Origin: Macrostomum lignano
Taxonomy: Eukaryota
Direction of reading: 5' to 3'
Assembly: GCA_002269645.1 (NCBI GenBank)
Contig: NIVC01002430.1
Span: 1 to 64,000, forward strand
DNA: 64,000 bases
In this document: positions 21,876-35,554 of the stretch, in pieces
Layout: every line of letters starts with the position of its first letter
How positions within the stretch are numbered: the stretch's first letter is position 1
Notes under the pieces: model-generated
Databases searched by the model: none
What the model was told of the DNA's origin: nothing
The model's input: the letters and a program-made list of their open reading frames with translations, nothing else
Made by a program: the position numbers and the translations under genes

Positions 21876-24800
21876 CTGCAAACGTATCCGCGCGCTTGTA
21901 TGCCTGCTCAGGGGAGTTGGTAGAATAGGCAGTAATGCCTCTCACTGGTTGTGTGCCTATGTTTCTTAAAGTGTGCCAGGGTACACATAACCCCCTGCCT
22001 CTAATAAAAAAAAGAAAAAAATACTACTAGGCCTCATGATGATATACCCAATATTGTTATCATTGAGTAGCTAGTATATTTATTATACATATATTTATTA
22101 TACACTTAAAATTTAAAGACAAGGACTTTTATTAATTGGCTTCTTAATAGGCCTTAGTACTAAAAAGATGCATATAAGATAAGGCATAATAAAGGCAAAT
22201 AGTTTTCATTTGATATTTATTTTTTACAATCTATTGAAACCTAGCTATCGTTGTATAGATTTTAAACCTATAGATTTTAAACCCCCTAAATTCCAATAAA
22301 TTTGCCAGAACTACTTTTGCATGAATTTTGAAATCTAAAGTCAAACTCCAACAAAACTATATTATTGGTTAAGGAAAAAAACTTAGAATTCTATAACATT
22401 TTAGCTTTCATATTATAACCTTTTATTTTCCCTTTAGCTTTGCTTCTATTTGCTCTGGTACCATACTTTGGAGCATGCATTGACCTTGTATACCAACAAA
22501 AGTAGGCGTACACAGTTGGTATGTTTAGGTTGACTTGACAATAAATGATGCCATGGGAGCCACTATGTGAGGCTCTAAGTTAAAGATCAGATAAGTCTAA
22601 GCAAAGAAATTAGCTAGTCGCGATTAGTGTATTAGGGTCTATTCCATGGAGCACTAGTACAGTTTAGCAAAAATGTGAAAAAAATAGTAGAAGAGAGCAG
22701 GAAAAGGAAAAAGAGCTTTTTAGAATTGGGCCAAATGAGGCCAAATAAATACAAAAAGGGGGAGCAGTTAGGCAAAGTGGTTCAGAGAATGGGGACAGGG
22801 CATGGACACTGGGTCCAGAACTTCTCAAGCAAAAGTTTCTATAGAAAATACCGAGAGAAAAGAACAAAAACAGAAAAAGGGACATACAAGGCCAGAAAAG
22901 GAGTGGGTAGGCCAGAATGGGGACTGAAAAATATATCATAGAACTGTGGCACAGGGTGGGCAGATAGGGCTACAAATGGGGCAACAGCAAAATGAGAAAG
23001 TCCACTGTTATAGTCCATAATATGTTATTAGAAAATTTAAAATAATAAAACTTCAGTGGGAGTTTGCCCTACCACAAGGGTTTATTTAAAGCATAAATTT
23101 TTCTAAAATATTTAATCTTTGCATATATCAATTTTCCACTATCAATATTATCATAAAAAATGTCATTTATTGCCACAGTATAAAAATGTCATTAATTGTT
23201 GCAATACTGGCAAGGTTTAATAATTTGGGTAGTGTAGCTTGCTTGGCTAGTAAAAGGAAAATGAATCCGAAAATCAACATTGTATAAGTAACGATGCATT
23301 TTGCACTCCTAGGTGCATCTTCAGGTTTATTTTTTCAACAAAAAAATTGAACAGGTTTTGCAAATAAATATATGAAGTTGGTTGTAGGTAAACAAGAAAA
23401 ATTAGAAAAATTATTGAACAAATCAATATTGGAGAACACATGAAAGTTTCTCCCTAACTCATGTGCTCCTCAATATCGATTTGTTCAATAATAAAAATAC
23501 ACTTTTATTAGTGTATTTAAATTATTGAAAATTATTGAAAAAACACATGAAAGTTTCTCCCTAACTCATGTTAGGGAATCAAGGTCCAATTAGGTCCAAT
23601 TTATTGTTTTTTATATTTGTTGTTAACATTTAATAGTAAAGATGTCATTAGTAAAGTAAAGTAGATATTAGTAGTAATGTTTGTAAAATAGTTAATTAGT
23701 AATCTTTTTGCTGCCATTGTCTCGTTGTTGTTACTGCTGTTGCTTTTGCTATTGTTCCTGCTATTTCTGCTGCTGTTGCTAATATAGCTGTTGCTATATT
23801 ATAAGGTTGTTTGAATGCATTGCACTGTGTTGCTTTATAGCTGTATGCTTCTGATCCCTGCAGAAGTAGCACGCTACAGCTATAAAATTAAGCAAAGATA
23901 CTTAAATTGTTAATTTTAAAATTCTATAGAAGCATATTTGATTAGTATGTAAGCCTGGAATTAAAATGAGATTTTGATTCCTTAGAATAACATATGTACA
24001 ATTGGTTCTTATTTCTGAGAGTTGAGAAAAAAAGAAAAAATTCTAGGGGGTGATTAAATGATAAAGTAGTAGTTAACAATGTATTAAAATGCCTAGACTA
24101 AAATAATAAAGTAACAAGCCCAAAATAAAAGAAAGATTCTGGTTCTGAAGAATACCATTGCCTAAGAATATATGCTTGGTTTGTTAACTTCTTAGAGTCA
24201 AGAAGTCAAGAAGAAACAAAACAAATTTTAGGAGGGTATTAAATGATAAAGTAGTAACTAATAATGTATATCATACTTACATTTCTAGGGATGGCGCCGG
24301 TGGCACCAGTTGCCATGGCAATGCTGGACAATTGTGAATTTCATTTAGAACTTGAGTGGATTTGATTTAGTTATATCAATTTGCAAGCTATCAAACAGTC
24401 AAACTGATCAAACAGTGCAAGTTATAAGAAAATCCATTGAGCCATTTTTTTAAATTGATCATACACATATGCACACAGATAAACCATTTTTAATATATTG
24501 ATTTGCAAGCATTTCAATCTAGTTAATAATAGAAATGTGGTAGTTTAATATCTTAAGTTGGCATAGAGTAAGAATATACAATATATAGCAAATTTTTCTA
24601 AGGTAGGTTGGTGCTAGCCTAACCCTATTGGCCCTGTCATATAATGGACAGGTAGGGATTAGCCATACAGGCTGAGGTGGACAAATGGAGCTAAGCAAGA
24701 AAAAGTGACAGCAGTGGCTGGATGGTTGGGGCTAAGCCATGTAAGGTTGAGGGGTTATGCTTATGCTAATAGACTTAGAGAGAAAGGGCAAGAGCATTAT

Positions 24801-27800
24801 GTAAGGTGGGTAGATTAAACCAAGCTAGCCCTAGGGAGCTTGAATCAAAACCTGTTATGGTTGATTACAAGTAAGAATTAGGAGGTATAGTAGAGTGTGC
24901 AACTGAGAAGATTGGTGAAATTATAGAGCCAGTCAGAAGGTAGGTACAGAGAGAAAAAAGAATAATAAGACTAAACTAGATAGAGAAGAGGAGAAAATAA
25001 AATAAACAATAACAAGTCCAAATAAACTGGAAAAATCCATATACTAAATAACTAACTAAATGACTAATTGTTTAAGTGTGAAAAACAATAAGTCACAGAT
25101 AACCTTGAGAGGGGTTGGCCCTGGCAGTTCAACTAGCCTTGCAAGATCATACCATTGTAAAGTCCAGACCCTACCCACCCTAGCCAATTTAGGCTGGAAA
25201 TAAAGAGATTGCAGATAGGGAGAGGGGGTATTTGCATTCTTAGCAAAAAAGAGATTCTTAGCAAACATCTTTGTCTATAACAATTTTACTCAAATAAGGT
25301 GATTTGTAAAACTGAAGAAGGAATTGGTTCTTACAAAAATGTGCTTTATAATGGATTTGTATCAATAATTTTTGCTCATTGCTTATTGCACATCCCAAAG
25401 GGAGGCATTAGATTGTTAATCTCTACATATAAAAATATACATATATAATTGTTTTTGATGAGAAAATGTGATTTAGATTAGTTCTAGAAATATAGCTAGC
25501 CAGCTGCCTGGCCTATTTAAAAACAAAAGTTAAACTTTTACTTTAATCTTTCAACTTGTATTTGAAAGGCAACTGTGTTGCTAGTTAAGCTTAGAGCTCA
25601 AGGGGTTAAAGGGGGCCTAAAAATAAAGTTTAAATGACAGTATCCTATTTTAATATTATATAATTCTCATTATATATAGAGAATATATTATGTAAATACA
25701 TTATATAAATATTTACACTGTATTAAATGATTTTTAGGTTAAAGGTTTTCAATTTATTAGACCTATTGATCCAAAATTGTCAAAAATAATAAAAAAGCTA
25801 TAAATTTTATATTTGGACTATTATTACTATTAACATTGTTATTAACTTGACTAACTCGGTTGTTTATTCATTAAATATGTATAAACAAGTATATTGGTAT
25901 ATTGTATAGCCTTATATAGTAAATATAACTTAAAGCTTTTTTGTCATATGATATTTATAATGCTACTATATAGTAGTAGCTAGTAGGCCTAGTATTGGTA
26001 ATGGTAATAAAAGAATTGGCTTTTGCAAAATATTCTTACTTGTTTGGCCAATATGGAATGATATATTTATATTTCATTTTAATTTAATTTTATAAATAAA
26101 CATTAAAATGCAATGAGTTTTTCAAAATATTATTTGAAGGTATAATTGAAACATTTATAGTATATAGGTTATAATGACTATCAACAAAATATTCTTAGGG
26201 CTTGTGGTAATGTTCCACTAAAAATGGGTCTTATCTTATTCTTCTTATCTTAGGATAAGATATTAGGATTAGATTCTTATATTATTCCAAATCTAAGGCC
26301 TTGTTTCAAAATTCAACTAAATAATCTATATATTACTAATAGCTAATAAATAAAATACTTTAGTTGAGCATTATCAAAAATAAATTTTTATTGTGCTATA
26401 TTATAAGGTTAAAATGAACTAGGTATATATGAAATAGGTCAAGCTTTTATCTAGACATTTGCTAGATATACTTACAAATGCATAACCTTTAAATTTATAT
26501 TAATTATGTCCAATTAATAAATGAACTAATCCTTAGTATAACTTTCTTGTTTCTTTCACAACTTTTTTTCTATTTTATTTTCTTAGATTCCATTTACTAT
26601 TTTATATTACTTTTTTCTTTTTGTTTCTTTGCTAGCTTGCCTCTTTCAATTTTGGCTATCAGTTTTGACCTACATAACTTGGTCTCCCACAATTCTACAA
26701 TTTTGTCAAGATTGGCTAGGTTGATTAGCAGCTACACATAAATTTTGCTACTTTATTATATCTAACATATCTTTTATTATACTTGTATGTTTCTAAACTT
26801 TATTTAACCAAAACAAAATTCACTTATAATGATTAAATATAGTAAAAATTGATTTATAATTTGGCTTTTCATAAACATGCTTGTAGCTAGCTTTGTTTTT
26901 AAATTAGCATTGACTTTTAGCAAAAAGGTCTTTACCTTTTTAAAAAGCTCGTAGTTCCCAAATGTTTTAGATACTATTTATCTATCTATCAAAGAAACCA
27001 TACTTGAGAATTTGTTTAATTTTTCAATTTTAAGCCACCCTTCATCGTAATTTTCATAGAATAGCAATAGGAAAATTTTAGTAATATAATAAAAACTGTT
27101 GGGTCTGGTATGCAAGAATGATGGGTATATGCTTTTGTTCCACATAGTATTTTTGTGATTTTAACTTTATGTATATGCTCTGTGCATATCTTTGCTCTAT
27201 CTTCATTTATTAAATTATAGGAGTAGACAAAAGATTGAAAGTGAAGCAAATAAAGGAGGAAGAAATCATATAAAAAATATAAGAAAAAGAGGAAACATTT
27301 TAGTAAATGATAATAAAAAGAAAGGACATTAAATAATTAAAGCCAAAGAAATAAAGGATTTGGATTGCATTTTGAGCAAAGCTTATGTTCCAAAACGCTC
27401 TTCAGATACAAGTATTGTAAATCGCACTTTTATGGAAAACTGTTCGCCTTGGCTTGGTGAAGATCTAGAGGTTGTGCATATGATCCTAATAATGTTTTGT
27501 TTCTTTTTAATTGTTGGAGTATTTATTATCTATAAATTGTAAGCTTTTTTGTAGGATTAAGTCTTTATGACTTGCATATCATACTTTTATATTGGTCTGT
27601 TTAAGCAAAAAATACTCCATTTGTTGATTCTATTTGTCTTTTTTATAGCAACTATATAGAACTTCGACAAGGAATCACGCTTATTGTTACATTCCTGCAG
27701 GGTTTTTATCACAAAAATAATGTTATTCCTCAGCTTCTATTTAGGGTAAAGAATTCCAATGCCAATCATAAAAAGAAATATCTAACTTTCTAAATGATAA

Positions 27801-28072
27801 ATCTAAATAAATCTTTTAGTTAATATTTAAATGAACTAAAAAGCGTTGTGCTATTGTTGTTTTAAAATCTAATTATTGTAGACTAGGTTTCCAGACTATG
27901 ACTTGCACTTCTACAGTTTGGTGTCAAAATGGTGTTTGTGTGCAAAGAAAAGTGAAGTAGATTAATGCATCAAATTAATATAAAATCCACTTAAAACTGT
28001 TTTACAGGTAAAATTGGATCAGCCATTGAACCCGTTAAACAGTTTATTAAATAATTCTATTCCGCACCAACA

Positions 28073-28723
28073 ATGTCCTCGGCCGCTGTAGCTGCGTCGC
28101 CAGCTGCGCATCGTCAGCAGCGTCGCGCGCCTAAGCGCGAGTATCTGCGCGCGCACGAGAAAACCGGCCCAGATTTGGAGGCCGACGATCATCCGGTGCC
28201 GCCGTTCCGGCGTACGGCGCCGCTCGACCGCGTGTCGGTGCCGCGCGCCTCGTCAGCCAACGATCTTCGACTAATCCGACGCAGCGTCAACTACGTCAGA
28301 GCAAATGCCAACGCAGCGGCTGCTGCGGGTTCGCGGCGACCTCTTGGTCGATCGGGTACGGCTACGGCGATGTCGAAGTCGGCCAACGATCTTAGCGGCT
28401 ATCGACGCGGCGAGCTGCCGGCTTATCTAGTTCGACGACGTCGCGAGTTCGAAGCGGCCCACGCCGCGGAGGTGGCGGCCCGGCCGGATCCCGACCAGCC
28501 GCCGGGGCATCGCCGATTGAGCGACTTGGAGCGTCGGAAAACCCTGGCACTGCTGACTGAGAATCACCAGCTATTGCTGGCCGAACTCAATCGCCTGCCT
28601 GTCCGGTCGGACACTGTCCGGCTAGTTCGTATCAAAAGCGATATCGAACGAAAATTGGCCGAATTAGAAGAGGCGATAAAAATATTTTCTAGGCCGAAAG
28701 TTTTTGTTAAAGTTGACGCTTAA
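28073..28723 (+). CDS. ENKD1: Enkurin domain-containing protein 1
   Basis: GELPAYL, PDPDQPPGH...ER..TL..L and the C-terminal LEEAIKIFSRPKVFVK match the ENKD1/enkurin C-terminal domain as recalled. Intronless. Confidence 0.85.
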   Translation: MSSAAVAASPAAHRQQRRAPKREYLRAHEKTGPDLEADDHPVPPFRRTAPLDRVSVPRASSANDLRLIRRSVNYVRANANAAAAAGSRRPLGRSGTATAMSKSANDLSGYRRGELPAYLVRRRREFEAAHAAEVAARPDPDQPPGHRRLSDLERRKTLALLTENHQLLLAELNRLPVRSDTVRLVRIKSDIERKLAELEEAIKIFSRPKVFVKVDA

Positions 28724-29313
28724 TTTGACTTACTATTACTGTAAGTTAAGCAGAGTCGGTCGCGGTTAGTACGCAGTTGAATTAGCTTGCTTGCATCATG
28801 CCCTTGAGTATGAGAAGCTTTGGGTTTGATAATGCTTGTAATAATTCTTGACACAATGTCATTGCTTCTGAATTGACACGCACAAGGAATGTACCCCTTT
28901 TTGTTGTGAATTTTTTTTTATATTGATGTCTGCGATATGTAAAATAAGGCTGTGCCGAGTATTACAGAGATCGTAATGATTTGACATAATTTCCACATTC
29001 CTAGATTCAATTAAGCAAAGACTTTAGTTGTACTTTTGTTGTGCCGTCCCTGACTGCTTTGCACTAGCACCGTCCATTGTGAGTTTTTTTTAGTTAAAAA
29101 CCCCTCAAGGCTATCAATAATTATTTTTTCAGTTATGATTTTTTGTAATAGCAAATTGTTGCTAATATTTTTTGAAATTTTTGTAGATATTGCTTTAATT
29201 GAGACTTTATTGAGACTTCAATAATACATACTTCATTCTGCTTACGACTGTTTCGGCTTTTGAAGTTTTTACATTAGGGTCATCATTTCCGTTAGTAGCC
29301 TGTGAGATAGATT

Positions 29314-29620
29314 AAAAATCTATTCTGTAAGTAGTTCATGGGATAGATTGGCAATCCATTCTGTAAGTAGTTCATGGGATAGATTAGCAATCCATTCTGT
29401 AAGTAGTTCATGGGATAGATTAGCAATCCATTCTGTAAGTAGTTCATGGAATAGATTAGCAATCCATTCTGTTAGTAGTTCATGCGATAGATTAGCAATC
29501 CATTCTGTTAGTAGTTCATGTGATAGATTAGCAATCCATTCTGTTAGTAGTTCATGTGATGGATTAGCAATCCATTCTGTTAGTAGTTCATGTGATAGAT
29601 TAGTAATCCATTCTGTTTAG
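29314..29620. repeat. 36-bp minisatellite, about 8.5 copies
   Basis: Unit ATCCATTCTGTAAGTAGTTCATGGGATAGATTAGCA. Confidence 0.95.
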
Positions 29621-29724
29621 TAGTCCCTGATATAGATTACCAATCCAATTTCATTTATTTACTGTCAAATTACACACTGCAACTACAATATATTTCTCAT
29701 ACTACTAAGTGAACCAAGAGTAGC

Positions 29725-31277
29725 ATGTATCGAATTCAAACTGTAACTTTCATGTCCCCCGAAATGAGCGGTGGCAAGGCGGCGAGTTTAGCCGCTATCC
29801 AGAAAGAGAAGGAGCAGCTGGTGCTTGAGATCCAACGATTGCAGTCGGACATTGACAAGTACGAATACGAGCTGAAGAATATTAGTATCTACCTAACACC
29901 TGAGGAGAAGAAAGATCCTAAAGAACAATTAGCGTCTCGAGCGAAGTTCAAATTCAACACAAAGCCGCAGGAGGGCATAGCTTTCATGCTTGAGAACGAT
30001 CTCATACCTGACGATAGTCCCGCTAGTATAGCCAAATATTTGTACTCTGCTAAACAGCTGGACAAACAGGTGCTTGGCAACTATTTGGGCAAAGCTGACA
30101 ATGCCAAAATATTAACAGAATACGCCGACCAGTTTCCCTTTGCTGGCAAAAGCTTTATGACCGCGCTTCGGGAGTTTATGTTCTCGTTTAAAATGATTGG
30201 CGAAAGTCAGGTAGGCGCTGCTGTTTGAGAGTATTATTATTTTACTCGCTTTTCCCTGTTGAAGTTGCGCTTTGTGCTAATGGTTTGCTAAGGCTTATCT
30301 TAAATCCTTAGTTGTTGCCCCTTTTCCCTGAAGTGGTTGCCTTTTTTGCCTGAAGTGGTTGCCCCTTCCTGAAAGTGGTTGCCCCTTTTGCCTGAAGTGG
30401 GTACCCTTTTGTCTGAATTGGTTGGGGGTTCTCCGCCTATCCTAAAGTACGAGTAGTTGATCACTCATCCTGAAGCAGATGATCACTCATTCAAATTGCA
30501 ATACAAGAATCGCACCAAAATACCATTATCAACAGGTAATCGAACGCACAATGGAAATTTTCTCGGCCGCCTATCATCGTCAAAATCCAGATTTCCCGCT
30601 GACAGCTGAGCAATTATTTATTCTGTGCTATGCCTGCATGATGCTGCAGACCTCTTTGCACAATGCCAGCGCTAAGCGCGATAAATCACTCAGCACAGTT
30701 GAAGGCTTTCACAGTCTCCTTGGCCGGAGCGATTTAAAGAATCTTGACAGGCAATTTGTCAAAGAGATATTCGACGATATCAAAGCACAACCGTTTGTTA
30801 GCGACGATGCCGTTGATGAACTGGGCGGCATTGAACCTGGCGCTATTGAGAAATCCGGCTATCTGCAAAAACAGGGCGGCAGTGTTAAGAGTTGGAAGCG
30901 GCGCTTTTTTGTGCTGAGCAGCAATCATCTTAGTTACTATGCTGAGCAGCGGAGCAAAGGCAAGCCGAAAGGCTCAATACCGTTGCAGGGCCTGGAGGTG
31001 CGCGAGGCCGACGACGGCAAATACTGCTTTGAGCTTGTGAAACCGCCCGGACTGGATGGCCGGATCAAGGTGCGTGTGATTGATTTGCTCTGTCTGTCTG
31101 TCTGCCTGCCTGCCTGCCTATCTGCCTGCCTGCCTGTCTGTCTGCCTGCCTGCCTGCCTGCCTGCCTGTCTGTCTGTCTGTCTGTCTGTCTGCCTGCCTG
31201 CCTGCCTGCCTGCCTGCCTATCTGCCTGCCTGCCTGTCTGTCTGTCTGCCTGCCTGCCTGCCTGCCTGTCTGTCTGT

Positions 31278-31323
<46 letters not shown>

Positions 31324-31345
31324 ATCTGCCTGCCTGTCTGTCTGT

Positions 31346-31379
<34 letters not shown>

Positions 31380-31401
31380 ATCTGCCTGCCTGTCTGTCTG
31401 T

Positions 31402-31435
<34 letters not shown>

Positions 31436-31566
31436 ATCTGCCTGCCTGTCTGTCTGTCTGTCTGCCTGCCTGCCTGCCTGCCTATCTGCCTGTCTGTCTG
31501 TCTGTCTGCCTGCCTGCCTGCCTACCTGTCTGTCTGCCTGTCTGTCTGTCTGTCTGTCTGTCTGCC

Positions 31567-31603
<37 letters not shown>

Positions 31604-32005
31604 GCCTGTCTTAATTTCTTAGTGTCTGTGGCTGTCTGTCTCTGTCTGTCTGTCTGGCTGTCCGTCTATCTGTCTCTGTCTGTCTGTCTTTCTGTCTGTA
31701 TCTGCCTGTATGTGTATACTTGTATGTCTGGCCGTCTCTGTCTGTTTACTTGTATGTATGTTGGTCTGTTTTAGTGTCTTATGTTCCATCCGTTCTTTAA
31801 AAACCTGCGCACATAATTATTACATGATACTACTGACGAGTAGGAAAATGTTGCAATTTCGCAGGCCTGGAAGGAGAGCAACAGCAGCCGGGTGGCATCC
31901 AAGCACGAGTGCTACCGATTCGCTGCCACCAGCGTTGAAGAAATGGAAGACTGGATGAACGCCCTCAGACGGAGCATTGAGTCTAGCGACGATTCGCAAG
32001 TTTAA
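29725..32005 (+). CDS. Cytohesin-like ARF GEF (coiled coil - Sec7 - PH), 3 exons, about 386 aa
   Basis: Exons 29725-30210, 30536-31069 and 31865-32005, all phase 0 GT-AG. Splicing rebuilds the Sec7 motif MIGESQ|VIERTMEIF and the PH domain KSGYLQKQGGSVKSWKRRFF...GRIK|AWKE...EEMEDWMNALRRSI. Confidence 0.9.
31088..31610. repeat. (CTGC/CTGT)n microsatellite in cytohesin intron 2
   Basis: Seen directly. Confidence 0.95.
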
Positions 32006-32497
32006 TAACTCTATTAAATTATGTAACTTGTCCAGTTTAAATATGCCTTTTGCAGCTATTTGATCCTAGCTAACAATTTCTGTCCGTTCGGCTGTGATGC
32101 TAATTACGAGTACATTGACACTGAAAAAAATGTTTATTTGTAAACATAATGCCTAATCTAGCAGAGATTTGATTTTCACACCAGTATTCAGTTTTATAAT
32201 TATCCATATAAATGGTTAAAACAGTGCGCGCTCGTGTAAACTACTCTCTACTAGCCCAGTAGCCTGTTACAGTTGTTACTCGCACTAATAAAAAGTTATA
32301 AATGCATAGACTTGATTTATTTTTAAATTGTTGATAGAATTTGTGTAGGAACTCTTACCGGTATCCCTGTATATGCTTTATGATTTCATGCATGATATTC
32401 GATTCCATTCTTATATATATCTGCAGGTGTATTAATTCAATTTATTCCGTTTTCGTAACTGCATATTAAATCGAACTGTTTGCGCACATAATATGCT

Positions 32498-33591
32498 TTT
32501 CAGATCATAAGGATGGGCTTAAGTCCCGTTTCAGACCATAAGGATGGGCTTACACCCTGTTTCAGATCATAAGGATGGGCTTACGTCCCGTTTCAGATCA
32601 TAAGGATGGGCTTACATCCTGTTTCAGATCATAAGGATGGGCTTACGTCCCGTTTCAGATCATAAGGATGGGCTTACGTCCCGTTTCAGATCATAAGGAT
32701 GGGCTTACACCCCGTTTCAGATCATAAGGATGGGCTTACACCCCGTTTCAGATCATAAGGATGGGCTTACGTCCCGTTTCAGATCATAAGGATGGGCTTA
32801 CGTCCCGTTTCAGATCATAAGGATGGGCTTACGTCCCGTTTCAGATCATAAGGATGGGCTTACGTCCCGTTTCAGATCATAAGGATGGGCTTACGTCCCG
32901 TTTCAGATCATAAGGATGGGCTTACACCCCGTTTCAGACCATAAGGATGGGCTTACACCCCGTTTCAGATCATAAGGATGGGCTTACGTCCCGTTTCAGA
33001 TCATAAGGATGGGCTTACACCCCGTTTCAGATCATAAGGATGGGCTTACACCCCGTTTCAGATCATAAGGATGGGCTTACGTCCCGTTTCAGATCATAAG
33101 GATGGGCTTACGTCCCGTTTCAGATCATAAGGATGGGCTTACGTCCCGTTTCAGATCATAAGGATGGGCTTACGTCCCGTTTCAGATCATAAGGATGGGC
33201 TTACGTCCCGTTTCAGATCATAAGGATGGGCTTACGTCCCGTTTCAGATCATAAGGATGGGCTTACGTCCCGTTTCAGATCATAAGGATGGGCTTACACC
33301 CCGTTTCAGATCATAAGGATGGGCTTACACCACTGTTTCAGATCATAAGGATGGGCTTACATCCTGTTTCAGATCATAAGGATGGGCTTACATCCTGTTT
33401 CAGATCATAAGGATGGGCTTACGTCCCGTTTCAGATCATAAGGATGGGCTTACGTCCCGTTTCAGATCATAAGGATGGGCTTACACCACTGTTTCAGATC
33501 ATAAGGATGGGCTTACACCACTGTTTCAGATCATAAGGATGGGCTTACACCACTGTTTCAGATCATAAGGATGGGCTTACACCACTGTTTC
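32498..33591. repeat. 31-bp minisatellite, about 35 copies
   Basis: Unit TTTCAGATCATAAGGATGGGCTTACGTCCCG with variants only in the last 6-7 nt. Confidence 0.95.
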
Positions 33592-34461
33592 AAACTCTAT
33601 TAGGCATAGGAGTATGTCATGCGAGTATGTTAAAATAATCTTATTAAATTTCGCTTCATAAGTTTGCTGCAATAAGTTTTGTTTTATATCTGTTTTTCGC
33701 AAACATTAGAACAAAATCTACTCTAGCATATGCCTGTTCCCAAATCGAATTTCGAACTGTATTCAGCTTACTGTAAATTGCCCAGCAAGGTGTACAAATT
33801 ATACGCATACGATTATATATTTGCTAGCTAAATGCCTTCGTTACAGGCGCAACCCCACTGTCGTCATCAGTGGTCTTTCTTTATATCCAGCAAGTTTTGT
33901 AATGTGCGTATAGCTTTTTTTACTAATTATTGTAAACAATACATATAAACATTATATCTTATCTAGTAAGGTAAGCGTCTTAACCACGATATATTTGTCT
34001 GTGTACATTTCAACTGTCAGTTTGTCAATAAATGCAGCATTATACAGCAATTTTTTATTAATTTGTATTCTTACTAGTTTGTGTTTTCTATTTTTATCTG
34101 AATAGTTATATAGGCTAGTGTAGGCAGTTTGGCACTATATTTTGCCTACTAATAAGTATAAACGGCGCGTTTTACCGGGGCTTTATGAGCAAACGTATGT
34201 ACATAATACAAAGTGCATTTAAGCCCTAAATAGCGCGCCTATATTGTATTTGAACAAAATTTTGTCTTTTGCTGTGCTGTCAGAAATTTGTGTTTTTATC
34301 TTGACAGCAAGGACAAATATTTTGCTCACAGAAATTCAATTATCCGTGAATAGTAATAGATAAGATTTAGTATATTTAGACTAGACAAATAAAAATTGAA
34401 TTCTCTATTTAAAATATGCGTTTTGTCTTTTTTGTGTCTTTACCACAGCTCCTAACGTAGC

Positions 34462-34892
34462 TAGATGGGCCACTCAGGCACATATACTTAGTAAAACAGC
34501 TTTCTACTTTCAGTTCAGTAGCAAAAACGAATACATACGCTATTATATAAAAAAAGGCAGCTTAAATGGCTAATAAGTTTAGAAGCCCACAAGCTTGCAG
34601 GCGTAAACAACTTGCCAATAGGTCCAGCAATAATTTACATTATCCAGTCCACTGAAATGTACATTGCAGATTTAGGCTTGGAATTCCGAGAATGGCAATA
34701 AAAATTGGGGCGGGGCGGGGGGGGGGTAGTGTGGAAAGGCGCGGTTCGAGGGTTTAAAGCTAATAAGTCAAGTGAGTAAGAGCCAATACGAGCGTAAATG
34801 AGCCTTTGGTTTAAAATACATTAAAATGCTTCTGTTTAACTTACTACTGAACTGAAAGTAGCTTACACGCATTGTTCTGAGTGGCCCATCTA
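34462..34892. mobile_element. MITE-like element of about 430 bp upstream of USP-1
   Basis: Perfect 16-bp TIR TAGATGGGCCACTCAG / CTGAGTGGCCCATCTA plus an inner inverted pair CTACTTTCAGTTCAGTAG / CTACTGAACTGAAAGTAG. Confidence 0.75.
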
Positions 34893-35044
34893 AGTTACTA
34901 ATTAAAGGACAGCAATTATTCATCTTTTACTACTATAAGTAGCGTAGTTAATAAAAAGATCATTATTATAGCCGAGATACGCTTACTGTTCGTCAAGTTA
35001 AACCGTTCATTTTAATTAATTTGCTTTCCCAATTGCTGCTAGCC

Positions 35045-35554
35045 ATGGGCCGTACAGTTCTAGTCGCACTCGACGGCAGTTCCCACAGTCTCCGCGCCCT
35101 GCGCTGGTACATTGAGAATAACCAAATAGCTGGCGATTCCTTGCTGTTGTTGTTCATCTCCGAGCCGCCGTCGATGATGATGTCCGCTGGCGCGGCCACG
35201 CCGGAGGTCTACATGCGCTGCAAAGAGGAGGCTCTAACCAAAGCGAAACAGTTGGCTGCCGAAGCTGATAGCCGCTGCGCCGAATGGGGCATTCGAGCTG
35301 ATGTTAGCAAACGATTCTTAGAGCGCTTGCACTCCGGACCCGGGCCAACTATAGTTAGCGTTGCCAACGAAGAATCCGTTGATTTAATCGTCATGGGCAG
35401 TCGCGGCCTTGGCACGCTGCGGCGCACCTTTCTTGGCAGTGTTAGCGACTACGTGCTGCATCACGCGCACAAGCCCTGCGCTATTATACCGCCGCCTGCT
35501 GCTGCTGTTGCTGCTTCTAGCGCTGAGGCTACCGCTGCTACTGTGCCTAAATAA
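35045..35554 (+). CDS. Universal stress protein (UspA-like), intronless, copy 1
   Basis: MGRTVLVALDGS N-terminus and the ATP-binding-type motif IVMGSRGLGTLRRTFLGSVSDYVLHHA (G-x2-G-x9-GS). True start taken as ATG 35045. Confidence 0.92.
   Translation: MGRTVLVALDGSSHSLRALRWYIENNQIAGDSLLLLFISEPPSMMMSAGAATPEVYMRCKEEALTKAKQLAAEADSRCAEWGIRADVSKRFLERLHSGPGPTIVSVANEESVDLIVMGSRGLGTLRRTFLGSVSDYVLHHAHKPCAIIPPPAAAVAASSAEATAATVPK

Larger units (their letters stand above)
18642..22342. mobile_element. Decayed DNA transposon candidate with about 80-bp imperfect TIRs
   Basis: 18642 GGCCTTAGATTCCAGAATACATGCAAAAGTAGTTCC... is the inverted match of 22261-22342 (reverse complement GACTTTAGATTTCAAAATTCATGCAAAAGTAGTTCT...). 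No TSD could be called. Confidence 0.55.

Noticed and set aside
32498-33591. CRISPR-like array of 31-bp repeats (also 29314, 38100, 52330, 62375)
   Set aside because: Units are head-to-tail with no unique spacers, there are no cas genes, and the DNA is eukaryotic.
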